This document shows positions 8,812 to 17,401 of a stretch of 52,257 nucleotides of DNA, piece by piece (the stretch's first letter is position 1; every line of letters begins with the position of its first letter). The position numbers and the translations under genes are program-made. The notes under the pieces are model-generated. The model had not been told where the DNA came from and did not search any database. It saw only the letters and a list, made by a program, of their open reading frames with translations. Source of the DNA: Candidatus Avigastranaerophilus sp. Lineage in GTDB: Bacteria > Muiribacteriota > Ozemobacteria > Ozemobacterales > Ozemobacteraceae. The DNA lies in contig JAZUDR010000328.1 of NCBI GenBank assembly GCA_045639725.1, forward strand, positions 1 through 52,257, given 5' to 3'.

Positions 8812-9975
8812 ATGGACGACGAAAAAAAAGTTAACACAACTGAAGTAAACGCTGAAGAAAAGGTTCAGGCTGAAAATACTCAACAAAAGCCAGAGCAAGC
8901 CCCCAGGAATCCAGCTGATATAGAGCTGACTCCTGAAGAAATCAAGAAAAACCTTAAGAAGCGTTTGGTAAGTTCTAGTATTCTTATACTTCTGCTTATT
9001 CTTGTGAGCTCTTTTTTCTACGTTCATGGTGATACTATGTATTTTGAAGATACTCGTTTCCTGATGAATACTGCCTATACGATAAAAACTTATGGAATAA
9101 AAGGTTTTCTTGGAATGCAGGCCGCTTTCAAGAAAATACACCAGGTTGAAAATCTTACTTCCTTTTATCAGCAGGGTTCAGGGCTTTCTAGTTTAAATAA
9201 AACCGGTTCTTATGTTTATGACTTCAATAATAAGCAAAAACGTGACCTGCTCCGTGAAATTGCCATGGGAGCCAAGTTTATGTATGAAAACACCGATGGT
9301 TATTTTGACCCAAGCTTTGCTGCCCTTCATGAAATTTATGGTTTCCATACCCCTGATAAAATAGGAAGACTTCCAGATGATACAGAATTGGCAAACACTA
9401 TGCTCAAGTGTGGCTATAACCATGTTTTACATATAGAAGGTGATAAACTGACTTTGAATTCCGGTTCAATGATTGACTTTGGCGGTATTGTTGGCGGGTA
9501 TTCCATAATGTGCGCCAGAGCAATTCTTCAGGCATCTGGTTGTAAGGCATTCCTAATTGACGACGCCGGTGATATCTGGTTCGAAGGCGAAAAGCCGGAT
9601 AAATCACCTTGGAAAATTGCAGTTAAAGACCCGCGTGGTGGCTCAAGCCTTGCGATGATTGTTTCCAAAACACCTCTGGCAATTTCTACATCTGGTAGCT
9701 ACGAACGCTACGTAACAGTGAATGGCAAAAAATATGGACACATTATGGACCCAAAGACCGGTAAGCCGGCAGATTATTACGATTCTGTTACAGTTGTTTC
9801 TTTGGACCCAATCCAGAGCGACGTATTGAGCACAGCTTTATTTGCCATGCCACCGGAAAAAGCTTATAAATATGCCGAAGACAAAAATGTTGCAGCGTTA
9901 TTTCTTGATACAAAAGGTGAAATTACTGTAAGCACCAAAGGTAAGCTGTATTTTTCTGATATAAAAGTAAAATGA
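8812..9975 (+). CDS. apbE: FAD:protein FMN transferase (ApbE/Ftp family) with N-terminal charged segment and TM anchor
   Basis: ApbE-type blocks DFGGIVGGYS, AISTSGSYERY and HIMDPKTGKP. N-terminal helix SSILILLLILVSSFFYV. Confidence 0.85.
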   Translation: MDDEKKVNTTEVNAEEKVQAENTQQKPEQAPRNPADIELTPEEIKKNLKKRLVSSSILILLLILVSSFFYVHGDTMYFEDTRFLMNTAYTIKTYGIKGFLGMQAAFKKIHQVENLTSFYQQGSGLSSLNKTGSYVYDFNNKQKRDLLREIAMGAKFMYENTDGYFDPSFAALHEIYGFHTPDKIGRLPDDTELANTMLKCGYNHVLHIEGDKLTLNSGSMIDFGGIVGGYSIMCARAILQASGCKAFLIDDAGDIWFEGEKPDKSPWKIAVKDPRGGSSLAMIVSKTPLAISTSGSYERYVTVNGKKYGHIMDPKTGKPADYYDSVTVVSLDPIQSDVLSTALFAMPPEKAYKYAEDKNVAALFLDTKGEITVSTKGKLYFSDIKVK

Positions 9976-10367
9976 ACAATCAAAAGCAGTGGTGGGGAAA
10001 GGGCGATTCCCTGTTGATTCTCGGACTAGCCTTCATGGGCATGATAGCCTGGCTTGTAAGCCGTTTTGGTTTTGTCGGAGCTGATGCTTTTCTTATTAAA
10101 AGCAATAATAACGGAATAGAAACAATACAAACAGTAACCCTTGATTCAGACAAAACAATTACGGTAAAAGGCCAAATTGGCGAAATGCAGTTGGAATTTA
10201 AGCCCGATAAAGGAGCAAGAGTGGCTTCTTCGACCTGCCCGTGCCAGGTTTGTGTAAATTCAGGCTGGAGCAGGACTGAAGCTCTGATTTGCGTTCCAAA
10301 TGGTATTATTATTCAGCCAAAATTGAATAATCAGAAACCCGATACGGCAGACGCGGTAACCAGATAA
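9972..10367 (+). CDS. NusG domain II (DUF1312)-containing membrane protein
   Basis: N-terminal TM, then a beta-rich domain ending in the CPCQVCVNSGW...LICVPNGIIIQ Cys motif typical of NusG_II proteins. ATGA overlap with apbE. The position between ApbE and a Gx transporter is the usual one. Confidence 0.7.
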   Translation: MNNQKQWWGKGDSLLILGLAFMGMIAWLVSRFGFVGADAFLIKSNNNGIETIQTVTLDSDKTITVKGQIGEMQLEFKPDKGARVASSTCPCQVCVNSGWSRTEALICVPNGIIIQPKLNNQKPDTADAVTR

Positions 10368-10873
10368 TGGCTGAAGAAAAACGAAAACGTATAAAAGAGT
10401 TAACACTTACGGCGATTCTTATAGCATCGGCTACAGGCTTACAGATGCTGGAAGCGCCGCTTCCGAGAATACTGCCCTGGCTTAAGCTTGGATTGGCAAA
10501 TGCTATAACTTTATATGCTATTATCAGGTTAGGCGGCTTGAAAGGTATTGTTATTGCTGCTTTGAGAACCTGTCTTGCGGCTTTTGTTCTGGGTAGCTTT
10601 TTATCACCGATACATATGCTTTCCTTTGCAGGAGCAGTATCTGCTGCTGTTGTGATGTTTTTAATGTCACATTTCTTGCCAAAGACATCTATTTGCATTA
10701 TTAGTATATTTGGTGCTATAACAAGTAACATTGCACAGCTTATTGTTGTGCAGTTTATGTTTGCTTCTAATATGCCGCTATGGTTCCACCTGGCGCTTAT
10801 TATATGGATAGGCATACCTTCGGGTATGATTGTCGGCAAAATAACACATGAACTTTTAAGGAGAACAGAATGA
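10367..10873 (+). CDS. Gx transporter family / heptaprenyl-diphosphate-synthase-component-I-like membrane protein
   Basis: 168 aa, about five hydrophobic helices, Gly-rich. TAATG overlap with the upstream gene. The call rests on composition plus conserved neighbourhood. Confidence 0.6.
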   Translation: MAEEKRKRIKELTLTAILIASATGLQMLEAPLPRILPWLKLGLANAITLYAIIRLGGLKGIVIAALRTCLAAFVLGSFLSPIHMLSFAGAVSAAVVMFLMSHFLPKTSICIISIFGAITSNIAQLIVVQFMFASNMPLWFHLALIIWIGIPSGMIVGKITHELLRRTE

Positions 10874-11490
10874 CTGTTGCACTTCCAAAGATATATCTAG
10901 CCTCTAAATCACCGCGCCGTCACGAAATACTGCATGGTTTGCATATTCCCTTCGAATATATTGAGTCTCCTTATGAAGAAAAGATATCTGACGTTGCTGA
11001 CCTGGTTCCGGAAGAAAAATCAGCTAAGCTTGCCAGCCTGAAGGCTATGTATGCTGCTAATGCTATGGAATCAGGCCTTATTATCGGTGCCGACACTATC
11101 GTTGTTGACGGCTCTGAAATCTTAGGCAAACCGAAGGATAGGGCAGATGCCAAGCGAATGTTGACCGAACTTTCTGGGAAAAGGCATCGTGTTATTACTG
11201 GTCTTTCTTTGGTTGATGCCGGCCAGAACAAGACTTATTCTCATTCTGAAATCACCTATGTTTACTTCAGAGAACTTTCAGAAAAGGATATCGAAACTTA
11301 TCTTGATACTGATGAACCATATGATAAAGCAGGTGCCTACGGTATTCAGGGACATGCCGGTCTGTTTGTTGAAAAAATAGAAGGCTGTTATTTCAATGTT
11401 GTTGGTTTTCCGGTTGTTGCTTTTAATAATATAATGAAAGCAGCTGGTTATGACTTGGTTGATTTTATGAAATTAGGTGATAAGAAATGA
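10870..11490 (+). CDS. maf: Maf-like nucleoside-triphosphate pyrophosphatase (septum formation protein Maf)
   Basis: LASKSPRRHEIL, GADTIVV and KAGAYGIQG blocks. ATGA overlap upstream. Confidence 0.9.
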   Translation: MTVALPKIYLASKSPRRHEILHGLHIPFEYIESPYEEKISDVADLVPEEKSAKLASLKAMYAANAMESGLIIGADTIVVDGSEILGKPKDRADAKRMLTELSGKRHRVITGLSLVDAGQNKTYSHSEITYVYFRELSEKDIETYLDTDEPYDKAGAYGIQGHAGLFVEKIEGCYFNVVGFPVVAFNNIMKAAGYDLVDFMKLGDKK

Positions 11491-11966
11491 AGATAGCTGT
11501 CTATCCAGGAAGCTTTGATCCATTTACCAATGGCCATCTTGATATTCTGAAGCGTGCTGCTTCATTGTTTGATCATGTAATTGTAGGTGTTCTTGTTAAT
11601 CAGAGCAAGAACTGCCTTTTCTCTCCGGAAGAACGTGTTGATTTGATTCACGAAGTAACTAAAGATATTGAAAACGTCAGAGTTATTCATTTCAATGGAT
11701 TGCTGGTTAATTTTTGTAAAAAGGTTGGGGCAAACGCTGTTATAAGAGGTCTTAGAGCCGTTTCTGACTATGAATATGAAGTTCAGTTGTTTGCGGCCAA
11801 TTATCATTTGGAACCAACTGTTGAAACTGTTTTCTTGATGTCTCAGCCAAAGTATTCGTTCCTGAGCTCAAGTGTAGTAAAGGAAATAGCATATTATAAC
11901 GGTGATATTGAGGATATGGTATCACCTGTTATTGCAGAAGCGATTAAAAACAAAATGAAGAAGTAA
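11487..11966 (+). CDS. coaD: Phosphopantetheine adenylyltransferase
   Basis: AVYPGSFDPFTNGHLDIL, RGLRAVSDYEYE and SSSVVKE motifs. ATGA overlap with maf. Confidence 0.95.
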   Translation: MKIAVYPGSFDPFTNGHLDILKRAASLFDHVIVGVLVNQSKNCLFSPEERVDLIHEVTKDIENVRVIHFNGLLVNFCKKVGANAVIRGLRAVSDYEYEVQLFAANYHLEPTVETVFLMSQPKYSFLSSSVVKEIAYYNGDIEDMVSPVIAEAIKNKMKK

Positions 11967-12001
11967 AAAAAGACCCGCTCAACTGAGCGGGCCTTTTTTT
12001 T
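11965..12001. terminator. Bidirectional rho-independent terminator between coaD (+) and nifS (-)
   Basis: Stem CCCGCTC (11974..11980) pairs with GAGCGGG (11985..11991). It is flanked by an A-run upstream and a T-run downstream, so it can work on both strands. Confidence 0.85.
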
Positions 12002-13176
12002 TACTTCTTTGAATTTATAAATTCATCGTAGAATGGGCTGAGTTGACGGAGATTCTGGATAATCGGCGGTACAGTCTTTATTGTGTAGTCGATTTCTTCT
12101 TCTGTTGTGAACTTAGAAAGAGAGAATCTGCAGGAGCCGTGGGCATATGAGAATGGAATGCCCATTGCCATCAGAACGTGTGAAGGTTCAAGACTGCCGC
12201 TGGTGCATGCAGAACCGGAACTTGCTGCGATACCAGCCTTGCTGAGGTGCATCAGAATTGCTTCGCCTTCGATAAATTCAAAACCGATGTTTGTGGTATT
12301 GAACAATCTGCGTTCTTCGTCGCCGTTGATATGTGTGTAAGGAATAGCTTCTGTTAAGCCCTTCTGGAGTTTGTCACGAAGAGCACCAACTCTTACTGCT
12401 TCGTCAAACATTTCTTTTTTTGCATCAGCACAAGCCTGACCAAGACCAACAATGTATGGTACATTTTCAGTGCCTGCACGACGACCACTTTCCTGATGAC
12501 CACCAATAATAAAAGGTGATACATGGAGGCCTTTTCTTACATAGAGAACACCAATTCCCTTTGGAGTATGGAGCTTATGACCAGAAAGTGAAAGCATATC
12601 AACATTCAGGGCTTTGAGGTCCATTGGCAGTTTGCCAGCGGCCTGAACTGCGTCTGTATGGAATACTACGCCATGTTCTTTAGCTATTGCGCCTATGTCA
12701 CCAATTGGATTAATTGTGCCTGTTTCATTATTGGCTGTCATTATAGAAATCAAGGCGGTGTCTGGGGTGATAGCTTCTTTCAGTTCATCAAGACTGAGAC
12801 GGCCTTGCTTGTTTACGCTAAGGTATGTTGCTTTATAGCCGTGATGCTTTTCCAGGTATTTGAATACATTCAGAACAGCGGGATGTTCAACCTTGGAGGT
12901 TATGATATGTTTCTTTTCTGGATGAGCTTCAAGGTAACCACGGATAGCATGGTTGTCTGATTCAGAACCACAGGATGTGAAGATGATTTCGTCTGGGTGT
13001 ACATTAAAGAGGTCTGCAACTTTTTCGCGGGCTTCTTTTATATATTTTGCAACCTGACCACCAAAGAAGTGCATTGAGCTTGCATTACCGTAGAATTCTC
13101 CGAAGAATGGCATCATAGCTTCTCTTACTGATGGAGAAACCATGCTGGTTGCGTTATTATCAAGATAAACCTGCAT
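12001..13176 (-). CDS. nifS: Cysteine desulfurase NifS (class V PLP enzyme), 391 aa
   Basis: VYLDNNATS, SLSGHKLHTPKGIGVLYVR (PLP Lys) and SSGSACTSG (active-site Cys loop). The track start 13191 is a TTG inside nifU. ATG 13176 lies 1 nt after the nifU stop, with GAGG upstream. Confidence 0.9.
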   Translation of the reverse strand: MQVYLDNNATSMVSPSVREAMMPFFGEFYGNASSMHFFGGQVAKYIKEAREKVADLFNVHPDEIIFTSCGSESDNHAIRGYLEAHPEKKHIITSKVEHPAVLNVFKYLEKHHGYKATYLSVNKQGRLSLDELKEAITPDTALISIMTANNETGTINPIGDIGAIAKEHGVVFHTDAVQAAGKLPMDLKALNVDMLSLSGHKLHTPKGIGVLYVRKGLHVSPFIIGGHQESGRRAGTENVPYIVGLGQACADAKKEMFDEAVRVGALRDKLQKGLTEAIPYTHINGDEERRLFNTTNIGFEFIEGEAILMHLSKAGIAASSGSACTSGSLEPSHVLMAMGIPFSYAHGSCRFSLSKFTTEEEIDYTIKTVPPIIQNLRQLSPFYDEFINSKK

Positions 13177-13177
13177 A

Positions 13178-14014
13178 TTACTTAGCCTCAATTACATTAA
13201 TAGAAGCGTCAACTTCTTCACGAAGAGTTTTCTGTACAACTTCTTTAAGGGTTTCAAGAGCGTGTGGACAGCTTCCGCATGCACCGTGAAGCTTAACATA
13301 AACATCAGTGCCGTCCATGTCTTCCAATTCAATGTCGCCACCGTCATTGCGAAGCATTGGAGCAATCTTTTCTTCAATTACTGCAGAGACTAGCTTCATT
13401 CTCATAAGGTTAGACATTTTGGGCTTTGCTTCAGTTTCTTCTAATGCTGTGCCATTTACTTCTGCAAGAATGCGTTTGATATCGTTGTGGCACTTACCGC
13501 ATTTACCACCGGCTTTTGTCCAGTTGGTTACTTCTTCAACGGTCTTCAGACCATGTTCTTTTACTATCTGGCGTATTTTATCTTCTTCAACCCAGAAGCA
13601 CTGACATGTAATTTTTGCGTCTTCGTGTTCTGAGGAAACTTCTTCACCACGGTAGTTTGCAATAGCTGCTTCCAGAGCTTCCTTACCCATTACTGAGCAG
13701 TGCATTTTCTGCTGGGGAAGACCACCAAGATAGTCAGCTATCTGTTCGTTTGTTACTTTGAGGGCGTCTGTTATTGTTTTACCAATAATCAGTTCTGTTA
13801 GTGCAGAGGCACTAGCGATAGCACTTGCACAACCGAAGGTCTGGAACTTTGCTTTTTCTATTACTTCGGTTTCAGGATTGATTTTCAAAAACAGCTTAAG
13901 TGCGTCACCACAAGCAAGGGAACCAACCTGACCGATTGCGTTTGCATCATCAAGCTTCCCAGAATTTCTTGGGTTTTCGAAGTGATCAATTACTGTGTTT
14001 GTATAATCCCACAT
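13178..14014 (-). CDS. nifU: Fe-S cluster assembly scaffold NifU (three-domain form)
   Basis: IscU-like N-terminal domain (GSLACGDALKL, FGCASAIASASA, KMHCSVMG), central Cys cluster (ITCQCFWV ... GGKCGKCH) and Nfu-like C-terminal domain (LHGACGSCP). AAGGTGA Shine-Dalgarno sequence. Confidence 0.9.
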   Translation of the reverse strand: MWDYTNTVIDHFENPRNSGKLDDANAIGQVGSLACGDALKLFLKINPETEVIEKAKFQTFGCASAIASASALTELIIGKTITDALKVTNEQIADYLGGLPQQKMHCSVMGKEALEAAIANYRGEEVSSEHEDAKITCQCFWVEEDKIRQIVKEHGLKTVEEVTNWTKAGGKCGKCHNDIKRILAEVNGTALEETEAKPKMSNLMRMKLVSAVIEEKIAPMLRNDGGDIELEDMDGTDVYVKLHGACGSCPHALETLKEVVQKTLREEVDASINVIEAK

Positions 14015-14064
14015 ACGTATTCACCTTATATATAAATAGCCATATGGCCAAATTTGGAATCTTG

Positions 14065-14093
14065 ATTATATCCTTATTTGTATAATACTTCAA
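14065..14093 (-). promoter_or_regulatory. Sigma70-type promoter of nifU-nifS (TTGAAG-17-TATAAT on the minus strand)
   Basis: -35 is the complement of 14088..14093. -10 is the complement of 14065..14070. The spacer is exactly 17 nt. The promoter lies 51 nt upstream of ATG 14014. Confidence 0.55.
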
Positions 14094-14181
14094 CTTAAAT
14101 TTTATTGCTTCAGAATACCGCTACTATTATGGATTTCATATAGAAAGCGATTCAATTTTTTTTACCTTTAAAAAAATAAAT

Positions 14182-14210
14182 TTGACAAAGAGTGTACACA
14201 GTGATATATT
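14182..14210 (+). promoter_or_regulatory. Sigma70-type promoter of the M23 peptidase gene (TTGACA-17-TATATT, with TGa extension)
   Basis: TTGACA at 14182..14187, 17-nt spacer, TATATT at 14205..14210 preceded by TGA. The TTG used as ORF start in the track is the -35 box itself. Confidence 0.6.
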
Positions 14211-14238
14211 TACGCAACCTAAAAAGGTAAGCAAAAAA

Positions 14239-14955
14239 ATGAAGAACTTAGCTAATACATTAAAAGCAATTTCAATCGCAGCATTAATGGTTCCGGCTAT
14301 AAGCATGGAAGCTAACGCATCTGTACATTTCCACAGCGTAAAAGCAGGTGGATTTGTATCTCAGATGTCTTCTGCGGTAACTGAAGTTATTAATGTAAGA
14401 CCTGAAAAGGAAGAAAAAGCAAAGTTCTTTAATACAACAGATGTAGCCTGCTCAAAAGTAGGTGCTGTTAAGACTTACACTATTAAGATTGTTGATAAGA
14501 AGCCAAGAAAGAAAGATAACTTCGAAATAAAAGGAGTTTATGACGATTCTGGCGATGCAACAGTCACAAGGTTTTTGAACAGACCAGTAAATGGCGTTCT
14601 GACCTCTGCCTTTGGTTATAGAATACATCCAAAGCGCAAAAGAAAACATTTCCACTCAGGCGTTGATCTTGCAGCAAAAAGCGGAACACCAATCGCTTGC
14701 GCCGGCTCAGGCAAGGTAGTATACGCTGGTTGGAAGTCAGGTTACGGTTACGTAATAATGGTTGACCATGGCCGTGGCTATGAAACCTTATACGCACACT
14801 GCTCAAAGTTGTCGGCTACAGTAGGGCAGACCGTAAGTGCAGGGAAGATTATTGCATATGTCGGTAGAACAGGCGTAGCAACAGGCCCGCACCTCCACTT
14901 CGAAGTAAGAAAGAATGGAGCCTATCAGAATCCAATGAGATATCTGAAGAATTAA
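14239..14955 (+). CDS. M23 (LytM-type) metallopeptidase, secreted, 238 aa
   Basis: Signal peptide MKNLANTLKAISIAALMVPAISMEANA. HSGVDLAA ... GYGYVIMVDHG ... GPHLHFEVRKNG is the HxxxD / HxH zinc signature. Confidence 0.85.
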   Translation: MKNLANTLKAISIAALMVPAISMEANASVHFHSVKAGGFVSQMSSAVTEVINVRPEKEEKAKFFNTTDVACSKVGAVKTYTIKIVDKKPRKKDNFEIKGVYDDSGDATVTRFLNRPVNGVLTSAFGYRIHPKRKRKHFHSGVDLAAKSGTPIACAGSGKVVYAGWKSGYGYVIMVDHGRGYETLYAHCSKLSATVGQTVSAGKIIAYVGRTGVATGPHLHFEVRKNGAYQNPMRYLKN

Positions 14956-14960
14956 AAAAA

Positions 14961-14992
14961 TACCTCGGTAAAAACACCGAGGTATTTTTTTT
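14961..14992 (+). terminator. Rho-independent terminator after the M23 peptidase gene
   Basis: Stem TACCTCGGT (14961..14969) pairs with ACCGAGGTA (14976..14984), followed by T8. Confidence 0.85.
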
Positions 14993-15159
14993 GTTAATAA
15001 ATGTTAAGTTTTTGCACTGTGCTTAAAAATTGAACAGCGTTGTTTGGCTTTGTTTATATTTGTTCAAGTATGTCTTAATTTGTTAAAAAACTGCTAATAA
15101 TAAGATTGTGGCGGCCGATAAGTTTAATATCAAAATAAAATTATAAGTTGGTATTAAAT

Positions 15160-15312
15160 ATGCATAGTAATATGCGCGAAAATTATAAAGAAAGTAGTGC
15201 AACAAAAATGAACAACAAACAAGAAAACAGATATGAAGATTATGTAATGATCCGCACTGATTCCAAATCCCAGCTCGCAGTATGGATGAAACTCCCTCCA
15301 CAGGGCAGATAA
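15160..15312 (+). CDS. Possible small ORF (50 aa) in a 530-bp AT-rich gap
   Basis: Translated by hand: MHSNMRENYKESSATKMNNKQENRYEDYVMIRTDSKSQLAVWMKLPPQGR. No convincing Shine-Dalgarno sequence and no recognised family. Reported only because the gap is otherwise empty. Confidence 0.2.
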   Translation: MHSNMRENYKESSATKMNNKQENRYEDYVMIRTDSKSQLAVWMKLPPQGR

Positions 15313-15528
15313 GTTATTTAAGATAGAGAGAATCTATCATGAGCCTTTTCTTATTTTATATGTTCCGACGTTATATTTCCCGTCGTAACGTAGCCTGATA
15401 GTTAATTTTTGGGCAAAATTTCAGTTAAACAATTCTGATACTTTATTAATGATTCCCAATAGAGGGAAAAGTGTACACACAAAACATGATGTGAAATTTT
15501 TGCACATAGTGTACGGTACAGAATTAAA

Positions 15529-16035
15529 TCAGATTTCCAAATCCTCGTTTTTATTTTCGTCAGCTTCTGGAAGCTTAATCAATGTCTGTTTGTAAATCAA
15601 GTTTGAAATAAACATTCCTAGCAGACTGATAAATGCCCAGAATAATCCCTGGTCTATATAGTTTGTTCCATTTAATACTATAATAGGTGACCCTTGCTTC
15701 TTTTTAATGAGCATTGAAGGTTCTGCATCCTGATAGGCAAACTTAGAAACACCAACCCGTGTATAATCATCAAAATTACCCATTAACACTGTTAATGCAT
15801 CATTGTTTGTAATTTGTTTGTGCTCGTCAGACTTGTAATTCTGATTTAGGAACAGGTCATAATTCTTCTGTATAAAACCGGATGTGGTTTCCTTGTGCAT
15901 AACCATACCGTCAAATTCTCGGCCAAGTGACTTAAAAGCAGATATAGCAAGACTACAGCTTAGCATTAATACTACAACTGCAAAAATGCGGGCTTTTATA
16001 ATTCCTGATCGATTATATTTTGTTTGTTCTTCCAT
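15529..16035 (-). CDS. Hypothetical membrane protein (two TM helices flanking a ~95-aa domain)
   Basis: 168-aa ORF. Helices at AVVVLMLSCSLAISAF and LFWAFISLLGMFISNLIY. No family recognised. Confidence 0.5.
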   Translation of the reverse strand: MEEQTKYNRSGIIKARIFAVVVLMLSCSLAISAFKSLGREFDGMVMHKETTSGFIQKNYDLFLNQNYKSDEHKQITNNDALTVLMGNFDDYTRVGVSKFAYQDAEPSMLIKKKQGSPIIVLNGTNYIDQGLFWAFISLLGMFISNLIYKQTLIKLPEADENKNEDLEI

Positions 16036-16143
16036 ATTTATAATGTATTACATAGAAGGATTGTAAGTCAATAGGGATACCAATACATACTAGCAAAGTA
16101 TATGGCAGAACGGCCTGTCTGTCTTGGCATGAGCCAGCGGATA

Positions 16144-16152
16144 TGGTAAGAT
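16144..16152 (+). promoter_or_regulatory. Extended -10 promoter (TGGTAAGAT) exactly 6 nt upstream of the aroK ATG: leaderless candidate
   Basis: TGG+TAAGAT at 16144..16152, ATAGGC, then ATG 16159. No Shine-Dalgarno sequence can fit. Confidence 0.45.
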
Positions 16153-16158
16153 ATAGGC

Positions 16159-16617
16159 ATGAAAGACGACATTATACTTATATCTGGATTCATGGGCGCT
16201 GGAAAGACTACCTTTGGAAGAAAACTGGCTTCTGATAAAGGTTATGCTTTTATCGACCTCGACAGCTATATTGAAGAACATGAATCAAAGTCTATTAAAG
16301 ACATATTTGCCGAAAAAGGCGAAGCTCATTTCAGAGAGCTTGAAACAATTTCTTTTGCTGAAATAATTAAAAATACAACCGAAAAAACAGTTATTGCTCT
16401 CGGTGGCGGTTTTCCAATAAAGCCTGAAAATCGAGAGTTAATGAAAGCTCATACAACAATTTTCCTGAATACTCCACTAGAAAAAATAATAGAGCGCTTA
16501 AACAAATCAGAGATTGCTAAGCGCCCTATGCTTAACGATGATATAGAACGGTTAAAGGAGTTATATCGAAAACGCCTTCCTATCTATTCGAAAACAGCAG
16601 ATATTATTTCTTCTTAG
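16159..16617 (+). CDS. aroK: Shikimate kinase
   Basis: ISGFMGAGKTTFGRKLA P-loop, FIDLD and ALGGGFP blocks. Length 152 aa. Confidence 0.85.
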   Translation: MKDDIILISGFMGAGKTTFGRKLASDKGYAFIDLDSYIEEHESKSIKDIFAEKGEAHFRELETISFAEIIKNTTEKTVIALGGGFPIKPENRELMKAHTTIFLNTPLEKIIERLNKSEIAKRPMLNDDIERLKELYRKRLPIYSKTADIISS

Positions 16618-17401
16618 CCATATTCCAGTATACATCAAGCTGTTCGAGGGTTTTTCCTTCAAATCCGCCGTTTTTTTCAGCCATTTTTTCTACTGTGTCG
16701 AAACGCTTTACAAATTTATGGCCTGCATTTCTTAGACATTTTTCAGCATCAACACCAGCTAATCTTGCAACGTTGAGGGTTGCGAACAGCAAATCACCGA
16801 TTTCTTCTTCGAGATTTTCTTTGTCACCTGATTTTAAAGCTTCTTCAACTTCCTTAGCTTCTTCCGGAACCTTTGGAAGTGCATCGAGAGCCTTAGGCCA
16901 ATCAAAGCCTACGCTGGCAGCTATTTCTTGAATCTTGACAATAGAGGCAATGGCTGACTTGAAGTCTTCTGCTTCTTGCATTTTGTAGGTAAGTCTTGCT
17001 TTTTCTGCTTTTTCCTGGGCTTTTACTTTGCCCCACAGATCCATAACCTGGTCTGGACTGATTTTATTGTCAGCATTTTCGCCAAAAATATGGGGATGTC
17101 TGAATATTAGTTTTTCACAGATGTCGTGGGCAACGTCTGCCATGTCGAAAGTGCCGTTTTCATCAGCTATTTGCGCTGCCATAACAATTGTCATTAAAAG
17201 ATCGCCAAGTTCTTCCTTTATGTGAAGTGTGTCACCAGCGTTCAAGGCTTCTACTGCTTCAGCGGCTTCTCCACCGACATGCTTGCCCATTGTGGCAATA
17301 GTCTGTTTTCTATCCCATGAACAGCCGTCTGGGGAACGCAAAATCTTCATTATATCTATAAGTCTGAGAAATTCTTTACTGATTTTAGCATTATCGCTCA
17401 T
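16604..17401 (-). CDS. mazG: Nucleoside triphosphate pyrophosphohydrolase MazG (tandem MazG domains), 265 aa
   Basis: CSWDRKQT, plus two EExxE/EELGDLL-type repeats (EAVEALNAG..KEELGDLLMTIV and AKEVEEAL..EEEIGDLLFATL). AGGAG lies 8 nt upstream of ATG 17401. The 3' end overlaps aroK by 14 nt, convergently. Confidence 0.85.
   Translation of the reverse strand: MSDNAKISKEFLRLIDIMKILRSPDGCSWDRKQTIATMGKHVGGEAAEAVEALNAGDTLHIKEELGDLLMTIVMAAQIADENGTFDMADVAHDICEKLIFRHPHIFGENADNKISPDQVMDLWGKVKAQEKAEKARLTYKMQEAEDFKSAIASIVKIQEIAASVGFDWPKALDALPKVPEEAKEVEEALKSGDKENLEEEIGDLLFATLNVARLAGVDAEKCLRNAGHKFVKRFDTVEKMAEKNGGFEGKTLEQLDVYWNMAKKK

Noticed and set aside
8791-9141. A 116-aa minus-strand ORF overlapping the apbE 5' region.
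   Set aside because: It is antisense to a gene with clear ApbE motifs and good translation signals. Its translation is low-complexity and Phe/Ser/Lys-rich, as expected from AT-rich antisense sequence.
14182-14238. The TTG start at 14182 given by the ORF track for the M23 peptidase.
   Set aside because: That TTG is the first half of a TTGACA -35 box (TTGACA-17-TATATT). The ATG at 14239 gives a normal signal peptide.
15083-15301. A 72-aa minus-strand ORF in the 530-bp gap after the M23 peptidase gene.
   Set aside because: It has no Shine-Dalgarno sequence, a low-complexity Leu/Tyr/Phe/Ile-rich translation typical of AT-rich noise, and it overlaps the equally weak plus-strand small ORF. The gap may instead hold promoters or an sRNA, but I cannot support either.
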